DNA of 64,000 nucleotides from Heteronotia binoei (taxonomy: Eukaryota), in NCBI RefSeq assembly GCF_032191835.1, contig NC_083223.1, positions 252,836,001 to 252,900,000 of the forward strand. Direction: 5' to 3'. The translations under genes were made by a program, and so were the position numbers. The notes under the pieces were generated by a model, which saw nothing but the letters and a program-made list of their open reading frames with translations, had not been told where the DNA came from and did not search any database. Position 1 is the stretch's first letter; the number at the start of each line of letters is the position of its first letter. This document shows, one piece after another, positions 47,481 through 60,554 of the stretch.

Positions 47481-50314
47481 TGTAGGCTTCTCTTTGCCTA
47501 ACATGCTTTGCGGTGGAAAACGTCGCTTGTTAAAACAGCATGTCAGCTGGAACTTCGTGTTCGTGGAAAGGCTTCTATATATATGTTCATGCACGTAGTA
47601 GTTACATCGTGCTTTATAACCAAACCAAATAAACTGGACGTGTAGCAGCGGAACAAACTTTTGAGTCCCGAGACAACTTTTAAGACCAACAAAGAATAAA
47701 ACTTGGTTGACCTTAAAGGTGCCACTGGACTCAAACTATTCCGCTGCTTCTGAACCCAGAGCTTTTTTTTTTTTGTAGAAAAATCCAAGCAGGGACTCAT
47801 TTGCATATTAGGCCACACACCCTGACATCACCATTGTTTCACACAGGGCTTTTAAAAGAAACAGCCCATCAGGAACTCATTTGCATATTAGGCCACACCC
47901 CTGATCCCAAGCCAGCTGGAACTGCATTCTTGTGCGTTCCTGCTTAAAAAAAAAAAAGCCCTGCCTGAACCTATGGATGTGTAGCACTTCCTCATATAAT
48001 GAATAAGAATGCTTGACATGTATATTGGCTCTAAACACTTCAGTTGCACTCCTTACTATGTAAAATGAGCCAATATTATTAACCTCGTATTGCAGATAAA
48101 GGGATAAGGCTGGGTAGTAGTGGTTTGCCTGCTGATGAGACTCCAGAAAGGTACAGCCTGCTCTGTAGGTCTTATAGTCTGCTCCTTGTACACAAGGCTT
48201 CCTCAGAAATAAACTACTCTGTACCCAAGTAACTACATAAACCACAGGGCTTTTTTTAAAGCAGGAACGCACACAGGAACACAGTTCCAGCTGGCTTGGC
48301 ATCGGGGTATGTGGCCTAATATGCAAATGAGTTCCTGCTGGGCATTTTCTGCAAAAAAAGCCCTGGCTAGCACTAATAATCATCCTTGATCAAAGTGGTG
48401 ACCAAGGTACACTGCTTCTGCACAACCAAGTTGTGTTTATTTACATTATGTATACACACTTTTCTTCCTAGTTGGATCCAAAGTGGCTTACAACATTTTC
48501 CCCTTCCCAGTTTTATCTCCATAACGTGGAGGTAGGTCAGGCTGAGAGTGTGTGACTGGCCCAAGGTCACCCAGCAGCATTCTAGACTGACACTCTTAAC
48601 TGCCACACCACACTGGTTCTCCTACCAGATTAATCCCTAGAAGGGGAGAAGAACTCTGGCAGTTTTTCCCATGCCATGCATTATTTTGTAAAGATCATAA
48701 AAACCACAACCACCTCTGTAACCCTTTGCCATCACTGCCACCTACTCCTGCCTGCATTCTTGCCTCTGAGCTGAGGGGCCACATTTGGCCTGTAGGCTGC
48801 CCACTGTTCAGTGTATTCAAATGTGATGGGGGGAAAGATCCCTGGGATTTTAATGGCTGCACAGAAGACAGAAGGTACAGCTGAGTGTCATATGAGACAG
48901 CCAGTGCAATGCAGTGGTTAGAATGCTGGAACAAGGATTAGGGCGACCTGGGTTTGAATCCCCACTCTGCCATGAAAGCTTGCTGGGGATCCTGAGCCAG
49001 GCACACACTTTCAGCCTAACCTACCTCACAGGGAAGTTGTGAGGATAAAATAGAGGAGATGCGAATGTTAGAAACCACTTTGGGGCCCTGTTGGGGAGAA
49101 CGGCAGGTTATAAGTGAAGTAAATAACAGAGTGAGAGGCCCAAGTCAACAAACTTCCTGGCTGTCCAGAGATCAGGACCCAGTTCTTATAGTCCAACACT
49201 GCTAACTAACTACACAGGCTGTCTCTGAGAAACCATCAATCCAGATGTGCTGGACCCATTGTCTACTTCCTCATAACTGAACGAGGCATTTTGCTTGAAT
49301 AGTTGTTGGGAGGATAAAACAGAGGAGACGGATGTAAGCCATTCCCACAGGGGAGAACAGTGGGGTATAAATGCAGCAAGTACAAATAAATAAATAAACA
49401 AATAGTGATGGAAGCCACACCTGCTAACATTGAAAAACATACTCAGGTATGTCATTACAGCCCTCGGTCCTTGAAATGTATTTTCTTTTAAACAAAGAAA
49501 GCAAACGTTCTTATGACACTCTTTTCTCTATAACATGAGAAGGAGGGCAGGAAGGTTTGCATCACTGCTTAGTTCTCATGGCCTTTCTTACACACCCAGG
49601 GAAATGCTGATGGCCATTTTGGGGTCAGGCAGCAATTTTTCTTTGGGCTAGCTTGGCCATGGATCCTGGAGAGGGGTTTTTTTGCCACCTTCTGGGCTTG
49701 AAGCAGGGGTCACTGGGGGTGTGTGTAGGAAGCTGGACCCTGGAGGTCCCTTCTAACTATGATTCTATGCCCAAGTCTGGCCTTACCTCTGCAAAAACAG
49801 AGCTGCCAGTTGAACCAAGCAATAGAAACAGAAGCATCAGAAGCGCCTTCATCCCAATATTAGGCCACTGATCCCCCTAGCCCTGACTGGCAGTTCTTCG
49901 GGGTCTCAGGCTGAGAAAGGTCGTTCCCAGTATTGGTTGTCCTTTAATGCAAATGCCTGGTATTGTGGCGGGGACCTTCTGCATGTGAAGCATGTGCTCT
50001 GCCACTGAGCCAAGGCTCCAACTCAAGTGGCCAAAACTGTGGGAAAGTCAGCAGATAAGACTGTTGAGTGATGCTCCAATTTGTCATTTATTTCTAACCA
50101 CAGCAGTCTGAAACGGGGGAGAAACCAGATGGTCGTGAATAAGAAACCTCTCCCTCTCCCTCCACCACCAATCAATGGGGAGTTGCTTTCCGGCCTCAGA
50201 CTTTATTCCCACCCCTTAATGAACCCTCTTGTAACATTCCACTAATTGTACAAGTAATGAGGCTTCCTTTTCCTTTTATTCTCTGTTGCAGGCTCAAACT
50301 GCAGCCCTGTTCGG

Positions 50315-50360
50315 ATGGACCCAGATGTAAACCCTCAGGATGAAAAGCAGCATTGGAAAA
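50315..50360 (+). CDS. TSACC: TSACC first coding exon (MDPDVNPQDEKQHWK)
   Basis: Strong acceptor ttccttttattctctgttgcag at 50291, ATG 23 nt downstream, A|gtaggt donor in phase 1 that matches the next exon. Sequence is poorly conserved, so the assignment rests on splice phase and total length. Confidence 0.65.
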
Positions 50361-53300
50361 GTAGGTTGGCCCACCCTCCTCCGGATGCAGGTTCACAAGC
50401 TCAGGCTGCATCTTATCATGGAAGTAGGGCTGCCAGGCTCCAGGAAGATCCTGGAGAGCTCCTGGAATCACAACTGATCTTCAGTACAGAGATCAGTTCT
50501 CATGGAGTAAATGGCTGCTTTGGAGGGTGGATTTGATGCCGTTATGCCCTCCTGAGGTCCCTCCTCTCTCCAAACCCCACCCTCCCAAAATCGCCAGGAA
50601 TTGCCCAAGCTGAAATTGGCAACCCGACCCTGAAGCAATGGTGTGGGATCTAATGGGACTGAACTCTTGAGACCCAAGTGGTGGAGGTTAAGGGATGAAG
50701 GCTGGTGGGTCAAGGGGCAGAGTCTCTCTGTGCACACAGCCTCTGGGATAGATGGAAGTGGAGGTGATAACATATGAACATATGAAGCTGCCTTCTACTG
50801 AATCAGACCCTTGGTCCATCAAAGTCAGTATTGTCTTCTCAGACTGGCAGCGGCTCTCCAGGGTCTCAAGCTGAGGTTTTTCACACCTATTTGCCTGGAC
50901 CCCTTTTTGGAGATGCCAGGGATTGAACCTGGGACCTTCTGCTTCCCAAGCAGATGCTCTACCACTGAGCCACCATTCCTCCCCTTATGAAGCTGCCTTA
51001 TACTGAATCAGACCTTTGGTCCATCAAAGTCAGTATTGTCTTCTCAGACTGGCAGTGGCTCTCCAGGGTCTCAAGCTGAAGTTTTTCACACCTATTTGCC
51101 TGGACCCTTTTTTGGAGATGCCAGGGATTGAACCTGGGACCTTCTGCTTCCCAAGCAGATGCTCTACCACTGAGCCACCGTCCCTCCATGCACCATGCTG
51201 AGGCCCCTCCGCTCCCCAAACCCTGCCCTCTCCTGGATCTATCCCCAAAGTCTTCAGGCATTTTCCAACATAGACCTGGCAGCCCTAATAACCTCCATCT
51301 CATCAGGATTCAGTGCTCATCAGTGCTTCAGTAAGATTAGTTCAGCAGTGGGATTGGCTGCCTAGAGAGGTGGTGGTGAGCTCCCCCTCAATGGCAATCT
51401 TCAAGCAGGGGCTAGATGAACATTTATCAGGGATGCTTTAGGCTGACCCTGAGATTGGATGGCCTGCATGGCCCTTTCAAACTCTATGATTCCATGATCT
51501 AACTTTACACCTGAGCTATCAAGTGGCTGAGTTTCAGTGCCTAGGATCTGCACACACACAAAAATTAAATCAAGTTTTGCTTTGGCGTGGCGTCTCATTT
51601 TCTGTAAGGCCCAACCAACCAAGATAGTAGCTACACACGGGACCTCAATTTTAATTGGGGATGTGGTGCAGGGAACTGTGGGGGTTCTGCATCAGAAGGA
51701 AGGACTTCAGGTTACAGTGATAGGGAGAAAACTTCTCAGATTAATTCTGTCAAGCATCTGCCCCAATGTAATTGTTGTCTTTTTCAGGCACAAGAAGATC
51801 CTCGCAAGTCCCACGTAGGTGTCTTGATTCCTGCTGTCTTTAGATACCTCAACCCAAGCTAAACTTGTTAAATAGTTAAATGTATGAATGGATTTGACTA
51901 GGGTTGCCAACTTTTGGGTTGTGCCCTTACCATCTGAAGAACAATGGGTGGCTTGTTCAGGGCCTGCTTGGTAGGAACACCGGAAGAGCAGACTTCCCAC
52001 AAAAGTTTGCAGTGTTCCCTTTGCTAATTGTTCACTGTCAGTCTGCTGAGAGATAAATAGCTTAAAGTGCCCCTTAGTCGTATCACTTAGGGGAACTGCT
52101 TATGAGGGTGCTTAATTAGAGCATGAATGGATATGGCAATGATTGGCTGGGATGGTTTATTGTGCTTCTCCCTGGAAGATGGAAGGGGTGGTATTCCTAT
52201 CCTCCTGTAGTCTCTTTGTGCAAGTCCTAGCTGTCCCACAAGGTTTTGCAAATTATTGCTACACCTTCTTCCTCCCAGGCATTGGGTGGCGGCTGCACCC
52301 CTCTGGTATCTGCTGCCCCAATCCTCAACCAACAGCTACCCAGCCAAGTGTCAGATGAGCTCTCCACCAGGGGATATCTCCCTGGTAGGATGGTTCCCAA
52401 GCCTACCCTGTTCCTGCAGCCTTCGGCAATCAGTGAAGTGTTGTAATGTTCCCCATTGGGTTCCCAGGTTAGAGTACTCACTTAGGCATCTGTTCTCAGA
52501 TCCATTCAGCGGAGGCAAGCTGGCTCAAAACATCCGTTGTTTATTTGCAAGGAGACCACTCCACCAACTAACATCTTCAGCTAATATGCAGAATTGGAAA
52601 CTGAAGCAAGAGTTCCACACAATAGGACCAAACTAAATCACACAGATATTAGGGGAGGAGCCAGGGCTTTCTTTGGTAGACAAAGCCCAGCAGGAACTCA
52701 TTTGCATATTAAGTCACATGCTCGTGACACCAAGCCAGCCGGAACTGCATTCCTGCTCAAAAAAAGCCCTGGGAGGAGCAGACTGTTCTTTTACATACAT
52801 ACATACAATAAATATACCACAGGCTTGAGCCCCCACCAGCTTACCATTCTACTGCAGATGCAGAGGCATTTGCAGCAGCAAAGAAGCACCTACATGGGTA
52901 GTTTTCCTTGCACTTTCTTTGCCACAGCTGGTCCCCCTCACCTCCCTTCTTGGTAATTACCTGGTCATTGATGCAACTTCACTATAGCTTCGCACTGGTA
53001 ATTGGCCTATTGCTTTAGCTTACAGTGATGTGTCAATTACTGTTTAAGTCCAAATGCATGCCTTCCTGCCCAGCCACCATTCCCAAAGGCAGGCTGACTG
53101 TGATGTCTGGGAAGAATCACAGGAAAGTGGGACAAAATGGAAAGTCAGTGGTATGAGGACAATTCAGTGGGGATAAACTGATTACCATGTTACAAATTTT
53201 AGCTCCACAATTCAATGGGGATAAGCTGATTACCCTGTTACAGGCCCCTTTCAAGATCTTTTGAATGCAGTTCCCACTTGGTGAATGCTAGTATTAATCC

Positions 53301-54188
53301 CACTAAGGTAATTCAGGGCAAACCTAGATAGCAGGCTAAGCAGGTGAGTGCTGCCCAAAACAATAGCCATGTCTTTAGTTCAGCCTCCTATCTGTGACAT
53401 CCACCAGTTGAACTTATTTGTTTCTTGAACAAAGTTAGAGTCCACTGGCACCTTTAAGACCAACAAAGAGCCGGTTTAGTGTAGTGGTTAAGTGCATAGA
53501 CTCTTATCTGGGAGAACCGGGTTTGATTCCCCACTCCTCCACTTGCAGCTGCTGGAATGGCCTTGGGTTAGCCCTAGCTCTAACAGAGTTGTCCTTGAAA
53601 GGGCAGCTTCTGGGAGAGCTCTCTCAGCCCCACCCACTTCACAGGGCATCTGTTGTGGGGGAGGAAGATAAAGGAGATTGTGAGCCGCTCTGAGATTTGG
53701 AGTGGAGGGTGGGATACAAATCCAATGTCATTATTATTCAAGCTATGCATATGAAAGCTTTGTTGGTCTCAGAGGTGCCACTGGATTCTTAGTTCTATTA
53801 CTTCAGATCCCAGCATAGCTGCCCATCTGGATCTATCATCTGTTTCTTGACATCATACCTATTCTGTGTTTCTCCTGCACCCAGCCAGCAGCAGCCACTG
53901 ATGTAGAGGAGGAAACATGGAATGGCATGAGGTCAGAACACAAATAAGTGTAGCCTGCAATTAGACTCACAGGTGCTGTTGTCCTGAGCACTACTTTGCC
54001 CCTTATTCTCAGGCAGGATAATAATTTTCCAATTAGACAGGAAATAGTAGCAGCTGTTACCTGTGAAATGAATGACATGAGATCATTCCCCACCCCAGAA
54101 AACAATGTAGGAATTGATCTCACGTTTCCAAATGTTCAGGCCATGCAAAATATATTTTGCCTCCTCTGTTCTCTTTCTTTCTCAACAG

Positions 54189-54332
54189 GAGATGAGTCTG
54201 AAGGCCCCCCGGCTTCTTTTAAGCCCCTCTGTCCAGCCAAACCCTCACCCAGTTTCCTAGAACTTCCAGCTTCTCATTGGAGGCCTAGCCTGAGCTTTCC
54301 AGCAAAGATAGGGAAAGGAAAGAAACATTTCT
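54189..54332 (+). CDS. TSACC: TSACC middle coding exon (...LCPAKPSPSFLEL...)
   Basis: Long pyrimidine tract + caacag acceptor, T|gtaagt donor, 144 nt, phase 1/1; LCPAKPSPSFLEL resembles human LCRAKPSPSYINL. Confidence 0.88.
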
Positions 54333-55274
54333 GTAAGTGATAGAAATCCTGTTGTACTTCCTGTTTGTGTGTAGTCAACAGCCCTGGAAGCTGCAACCTT
54401 CAATATATGATGCATTTTGGGAGGTAAACATCTGAGGCTGATTGGCTGCACTGGTGCGATGCCACAGAATGTTCAGTTACTCAGGGAATGTAGTCGTTTG
54501 TAGTCCAGCTTCTATGAGGGTAGGAAAATTGCCTGTTTGGATGGGGTTTAGAATTTCACACGAGGAATGGTTGGAGCCTGCTGGGAAGAGGACATGGGAA
54601 GTTGAGAGACAGTGAGAAGCAAGACAACTGAGGGAAGAATATCAGGCAAGCAACAGACTGAGGAGAAAACTAAAGGAATGGTAGGTTGGTAAATACCCAT
54701 CTCTGCGTTGTGGAGTCCTGTGAGCAAAAATTCTACTTTGTGAGCTACTGTCATTAAGGTTGTGAACTACTGCATAACTTAGTTTGCTCTAGAGCCATTT
54801 TCCTTGAGCTAAGACAAAAATGTGTGAACTGGATGCTAAAAGACTGTGAGCTAGCTCACATGAACTCAGCTTAGAGGGAACACTGCTCACAAGGTGCCTG
54901 TCGAGGGAGAGGAAGGGAAGGAGATTGTACGCCGCTTTGAGACTCCTTATGGTAGAGAAAAGCAGGGTATAGAAACCTACTCTTCTTAGTTAGTTCAGGG
55001 ACTATGGCTCAGTGGTAGAGTGTCCACATTGCGTACAGAAAGTCCCATGTTCAAGCCCCAGAATCTCCACATAAAAGGAACAGGATGTAGATTATGGGAA
55101 AGACCTCCCCCTTGAGATTCTGAAGAGTCTCTGAGTGGATCATACTGACTTTGTTGGTCCAAGAGTCTGATAAAGCAGCTTCACGTCTGAGTCTCAGGGA
55201 TGGGCGAGGCTATAGATCCATGTAAAGAAAGCCCAGTGAGCCAATAGATGCCTGTATCTCCTTTCCCTCCCCAG

Positions 55275-55465
55275 CGCCTGAACATCAGCCCCAGGAATGC
55301 TTCGGCCTCCTCGAGTGCATTCACAACAACATCCAGGTGCAAACGCAGATTGCCCAGGCACAGCTATCCCTCATGGAGGACATGCAAGAGACCATGAATG
55401 TCCTCCTCTCCCGGCAGGAGCAGAAAAGCCAAGAGACTCCAGGACAGTCAGAGCACCGCACCTAG
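55275..55465 (+). CDS. TSACC: TSACC last coding exon (PEHQPQECFGLLECIHNNIQVQTQIAQAQLSLMEDMQ...HRT*)
   Basis: ctttccctccccag acceptor, phase 1; resembles human [29 protein letters not shown]; TAG at 55463-55465. Confidence 0.92.
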
Positions 55466-55680
55466 AAAGGGTCAGTCTCCTTGTCCCACCCCTCAGCTAA
55501 TAGCACTTACCAGTGACCTCCGTCCAACCTCAAAGCCCTCACCATCTGTCCAGAGCAACTGTGCCTGCATGGTGCATTCCGTGACAACACAAGGTCTTTG
55601 TATATTACTTGCGGCTGCAGAATTGGGGTTATTGTGCCAGCCAGGAATGCTGAGGGATGCAGAACCAGATGGAACCTGGA

Positions 55681-55686
55681 AATAAA
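55681..55686 (+). terminator. TSACC: TSACC polyadenylation signal AATAAA
   Basis: AATAAA about 215 nt after the stop codon. Confidence 0.6.
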
Positions 55687-57699
55687 AAAGAAACAGTTAT
55701 ACATTCTGCAGTATGATTCCCCTCTTCCTTTTGCACAAGAGGGGACTGGATAAACATCTGGAGCAGAAGTCCATTAGCCACAAGGAACGGATGGGACACT
55801 ATGTCTGCTCTGTGTTCTTGGTGCTTGCGGGGCCACAGTGGGAGGACTTTTGGAGGCCTGGCCCCACTGGTGAATCTCTTGATGGCTCCTGTGTTGGACT
55901 GGATGGGTCATTGTCCTGACCCAACATTGCCTCTTTTATGTTCTTACTCTGTTAGGTGGAACATTGCAGAAGTGGGGGAAACATCTGAAGCAGTCATGTA
56001 GCCAATCCTATTTGCCTAATGTGACATTCTTCCTATTCTTTGAATATCCCTAATTTTTATTTAGCCTAACAACAGGCTTTGCAAAATAAGATAGGTAGTG
56101 CAAAAGTGACTTTCCCAAGCGTATCTGGTGAGTCCCTGGATAGCCATCAGATCTCAGAAGCTAAGCAGGGTTGTCCCTGGTTAGTATTTTGTTGGGAGAC
56201 CATTAATGGTTGGTCAAGAGTTGTTATACAGAGGCAGGCAATGGCAAACCACCCTGGCCTTGAAGACTCTACAGGGTCATTTGGCTGCAACTTCATGGCA
56301 CTTCCCACCACTGTCATCTGGTGAGGCTTATACCTGTGCACCAATTTGAACTTGTGTCTTCTCTGAAAAACCAATTAGTAATGTCTTTGTATTCTTATAC
56401 ACATTTATGGAGAACACAGCAATCAGTGCCTATTGGCTACAACACTTTAATGGCCAAAGCCCTCACAATCTGCCCAGAGCAACTGTGCCTGCATGGTGTA
56501 TTCTGTGACACCACCTGGAGGTTGGCAACCCTAATTTATTCCAAGCTCACCTGTTCTCTTTTGATTCCATCTCAGCTATATAGACCACTCAAACAACCCT
56601 TCTTGGCAGCAAAAGCAGCATGCCATGTTCAGAACGTGAAGGTGCCTAAAGAGACATTCTTGATTGTTGACTCACAGCGTGGAGACTCTCTTCCTCTTAG
56701 GGTTGCCCCCTTGGCCACCAGCAAGGGAAGGAGAGGATGTAGGACTGCCAGCTCCAGGATGGGAAACTCCTGGAGATTTGGAGATGGCACCTGGGGAGGA
56801 CAGGGATCTCAGTGGAGTACAATGCCAATGAGTCCACCCTCCAAAGCATCCATTCTTTCCAGGGGAACAAACAGATGTAGTCAGCGGATGAACTGTAATT
56901 CTGGGGGGTCCCCAGTTCCCACCTGGTGGCTGGCATTCCTACTTGTTCTGGAGGTCCATACATTTTCCTGAAGAGCTATCTTTGGCCCTGGTATAGAGCA
57001 GCCAGGATTAAATAAGCACAGAGGGCTAACTTTAATTGCACAGAAGCTAACTGGGGGGACCCTGAGTTGGGTGGTGCCGTGGTGGAAGGGCCACTTTTAA
57101 TAGCTCAAAAAAGGGTCCTAAAAGCAAAAAAGGGGACTTTTTTTCTCAAATGACTACAAGTGATCACTGTGACAAATCTCATTTTTAATAACCCCTACTG
57201 TGATAATTGCTACTAAGTAGTAATATTCCTAACCTTCCAACCCAAAAAGAGGGCCTTCTCATCAGGTTGTTTTTTTTTAAAGAGCCCAAAGAGGGTGGAC
57301 ACCAAAAGAGAGAGAACACCTAGTAATCACTTTTTTTATGGGGTGGTTTGCCATTGCCTTTCCCAGTCATCTACAGTTTTCCCCCAGCAAGCTGGGCACT
57401 CATTTGACCGACCTCGGAAGGCTGAGTCAACCTGGAGCCGGCTACCTGAGCCCAGCTTCCACCGGGATCGAACTCAGATCCTGAGCAGAGAGTTCGGACT
57501 GCAGTACTGCAGTTTTACCACTCTGCGCCATGGAGCATAATATACACATTATGAAAAACGAGTATTACGTGCAATGCAATGGTTTTGATTGAAGCAGCCT
57601 GACCTGTGAAGAGCTGCCTTCCATTCCCTCTCCTAGCTTCACACGTATGCCTGGTAAAGGTGAATCTGGCTGCGTAGCTTGTAGAAGGAGTACCGTTGC

Positions 57700-58054
57700 G
57701 CCCTGCGGCGTTTCTCTTAAAAGCAACATAGCGGAGCAACTTGCTGAAGACCGCTTTAAAAGCATCACCCAACCTTTTGAGTTTGTCTGATCAAAATATT
57801 GCGCCGCTGCCCCTTTAAGATTCCCCCCTTCCTAGTGGCAGACTTTTTTTTTTGAGTCTGCGTTTTTTGTTCCTGGCGAAACGCCGAACTCTGAGGTCAC
57901 GCCTTACTAAGTCCCACGACTACATTTCCCTGTAGGCTCCGCGACGGCAGGCGAAAGCCACGTGACATCGCTAGTGGCGGGGTTCCGGCGAGCTCAGTCG
58001 GAGCAGGCAGTGCTGACGCTCTCTTCCGTTCTGTTGGCAGCGGCAGAAGCAAAG
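57700..58054 (+). promoter_or_regulatory. SSR2: SSR2 CpG promoter and non-coding exon 1 (about 58019-58054)
   Basis: SBS-like GACTACATTTCCC (57918-57930), GCCACGTGAC (57957-57966), pyrimidine-rich CTCTCTTCC start, AAG|gtggga donor at 58054. Confidence 0.7.
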
Positions 58055-60063
58055 GTGGGAGAATCCAGATTCTGGCATGGGTAGAGGAAGAAAGCGTTTG
58101 GGAGGTTCTGGCAGAGAAAATGTAGAAGGTCCCGCAAGAGGGAGGTTGTTTGTTGGATATCTGGTAGAGAAAAGGAGAAAGAGGTGATTGAATGGGAGAT
58201 GCTGGCAGAGAGAAAAGTGGGAGTCTTGGCAGAGGAAGGTCAAACTTGCGAGTGGGAGGGTAATCCAGAAATGGAGTAAGCAACCTGTTAGGGTCCCAAA
58301 AAAGTAAAGGGGATATTCTGGATGGGCTGAGCCCTGTGGGTTGCCTGTCTCTCCCATTCTGTTGCCCTTCATAGGACTACAAATCAGATGCCCAAGACAG
58401 TCCCCTCAACTGGTCTCCTGTTGGCTTGGCTCTGTTGCAGAATAAGGTGGGATTGGGGAGGTCGTGAGGCAGTCAGAAGTGGCTGGTCTCTTGCAGAAAT
58501 GTTGCTTTGGGGCATGGCCTAAACTTTCCCCCTTTGTTCCCTTCTTTCTTTCTACATTCACGGATACTCAGGATCACATAAAATGGGTATTTAACCCTCA
58601 AACAGACTTTAAGCAACCTTTAACCGGCTCTAAAGCCTGTTCATTTAGGGAGGGTTTTGGCCTATGTTAAGCAGCTCTGACTACAGAATGGGGTAGGCTA
58701 GCTCCAGATTAAATGTACTTTGGAGAGAGAAGCTGTTTAACCCTGAGCTGGGCAAGGTTTTAATTACTCTTTTGCAGTCTTTTATTTCGGTTTTATAAGT
58801 TGCCATGGCCCTGACCTGGATGGCCCAGGCACACCTGATCTTGTCATATTTTGGAAGCTAAGCAGGGTTGACCCTCATCAATGTTGGGATGGGAGACCAC
58901 CAAAGAAGTCCAGAGTTGCTCTGCAGAGGCAGGCAATGGCAAACCACCTCTGCTCATCTCTTGCCTTGAAAACCCTACAAGGTCGCTGTACATCAGGAGG
59001 TGACTTGGTGGCACCTCCTACCATAAGCTGCCTTGAGCAAGTTTCCTGGAGAGGTGGCATAAAAATGTTATTGCTGCTTTTCTTGCTGAAAGTAAAAAAA
59101 AAAAGATAATAGGTCCCCTTTTCATTGATCTCTCAATGAGGAAAACCACAAAGGGGAGGGAGGCATGTCTTTTTTTAATGGACAGGTGACTTGAAAGGAA
59201 AAGGTTATCCCTTTTCCCAGGCTTCCCTACCTCGTCTTAATGTGGAACCATAAACATCTGCTTTATCTGACAAAAGAAAGCCTGTGTGTGTGCGGTCAAA
59301 TCACTAACCACTTATAGCAACCCCGTGAATTAATGACCTCCCAAATGTCCTAGGGTTAACAGCCTTGCTCAGGTCTTGCAGACTGAGGACTGTGACTTCT
59401 TTGAGTCCATCCATCTCCTGTTGGGTCTTCCCCTTTTCCTGCTGCCTTCAACTTTTCCTAGCATTATTGTCTTTCCCGATGATTTTTGTCTTCTCAAAGT
59501 GTGACCCAACTACAATAGCCTCCCAATTCTGAAGGCTTCTAATGCAGATGCTGGTCTGGGGTTCAGCCTTCCCACAGTGTACAGACCTCCCCACAGTATA
59601 CAATTCTGTCCTAACAAATATGGCTGTATGAAGCTGTGCATGATTCAACATGGAGGGGCGGTGGCTCAGTGGCAGAGCGTCTGCTTGGTAAGCAGAAGTT
59701 CCCAGGTTCAATCCCCGGCATCTCCAACTAAAAAAGGGTCCAGGCAAATAGGTGTGAAAAACCTCAGCTGGAGACCCTGGAGAGCTGCTGCCAGTCTGAG
59801 TAGACAATACTGACTTTGATGGACCGAGGGTCTGATTCAGTAGAAGGCATCTTCATATATGTTCATATGTGTGATGCAAAGTGCCACCACTTTTTTACTT
59901 CCCTTTGCAATCTGCATTGCTTCCCACCCTCTTTGAAGACTGCAGGGCTGTCTTTTGCCTGTTTGCTTCCAGAGTCCCTCCTTTTCCCCCTCCCAAAGTC
60001 CATCCCTGGATGGTGCCTCCGGTGGGGAGCAAACGCATCTGACCTTCTCTTCTCTCTTGGCAG

Positions 60064-60218
60064 ATGAAGTTGCTGGTCCTGTCTGCGCTGCTCCTCTTTG
60101 CCTCCGTCCATTGCGAGGAAGGGGCCAGGCTCCTGGCCTCCAAGGCTCTGCTGAACAGATATGCCGTGGAAGGCAGGGACCTCACCTTGCAGTACAACAT
60201 CTACAACGTGGGTTCAAG
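60064..60218 (+). CDS. SSR2: SSR2 (TRAP beta) exon 2 ([27 protein letters not shown]...YNVGS)
   Basis: cag|ATG acceptor, AG|gtaaat donor, 155 nt; near-identical to vertebrate TRAP-beta. Confidence 0.98.
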
Positions 60219-60554
60219 GTAAATCCCGGGAGAGTAATAAGGGAGGGCTGGTGTTAAGAGCTGTTATAGGGTTTGAATGCCCGCTGTCCAGGAAAGACCA
60301 TTGCTGTGTTTGAATGGAAGGATGGTGTCCTCTTCCCCAAAGGCATCCCAGTGCAGTCTTATTGGACAATTCAGTACAAAATCATCTGCATTCGTTTGGA
60401 TGGCAAATATTAGGCCCTGGGGGGTTGTGGGTGGCTTGTGGAGGTACAGGTGGTTCCGTCTGAGTCCTGTTCTTGACATTCAAGTGGGCATTCTGAGTTT
60501 GCAACCAGAAATTCAGGGCAAACAGCTCTCTGGTATATTCTTAGTAGATGATCT

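Noticed and set aside
54481-54506. ZNF143-like double motif in TSACC intron
   Set aside because: Isolated, not in a CpG island, and such motifs often come from decayed DNA transposons.
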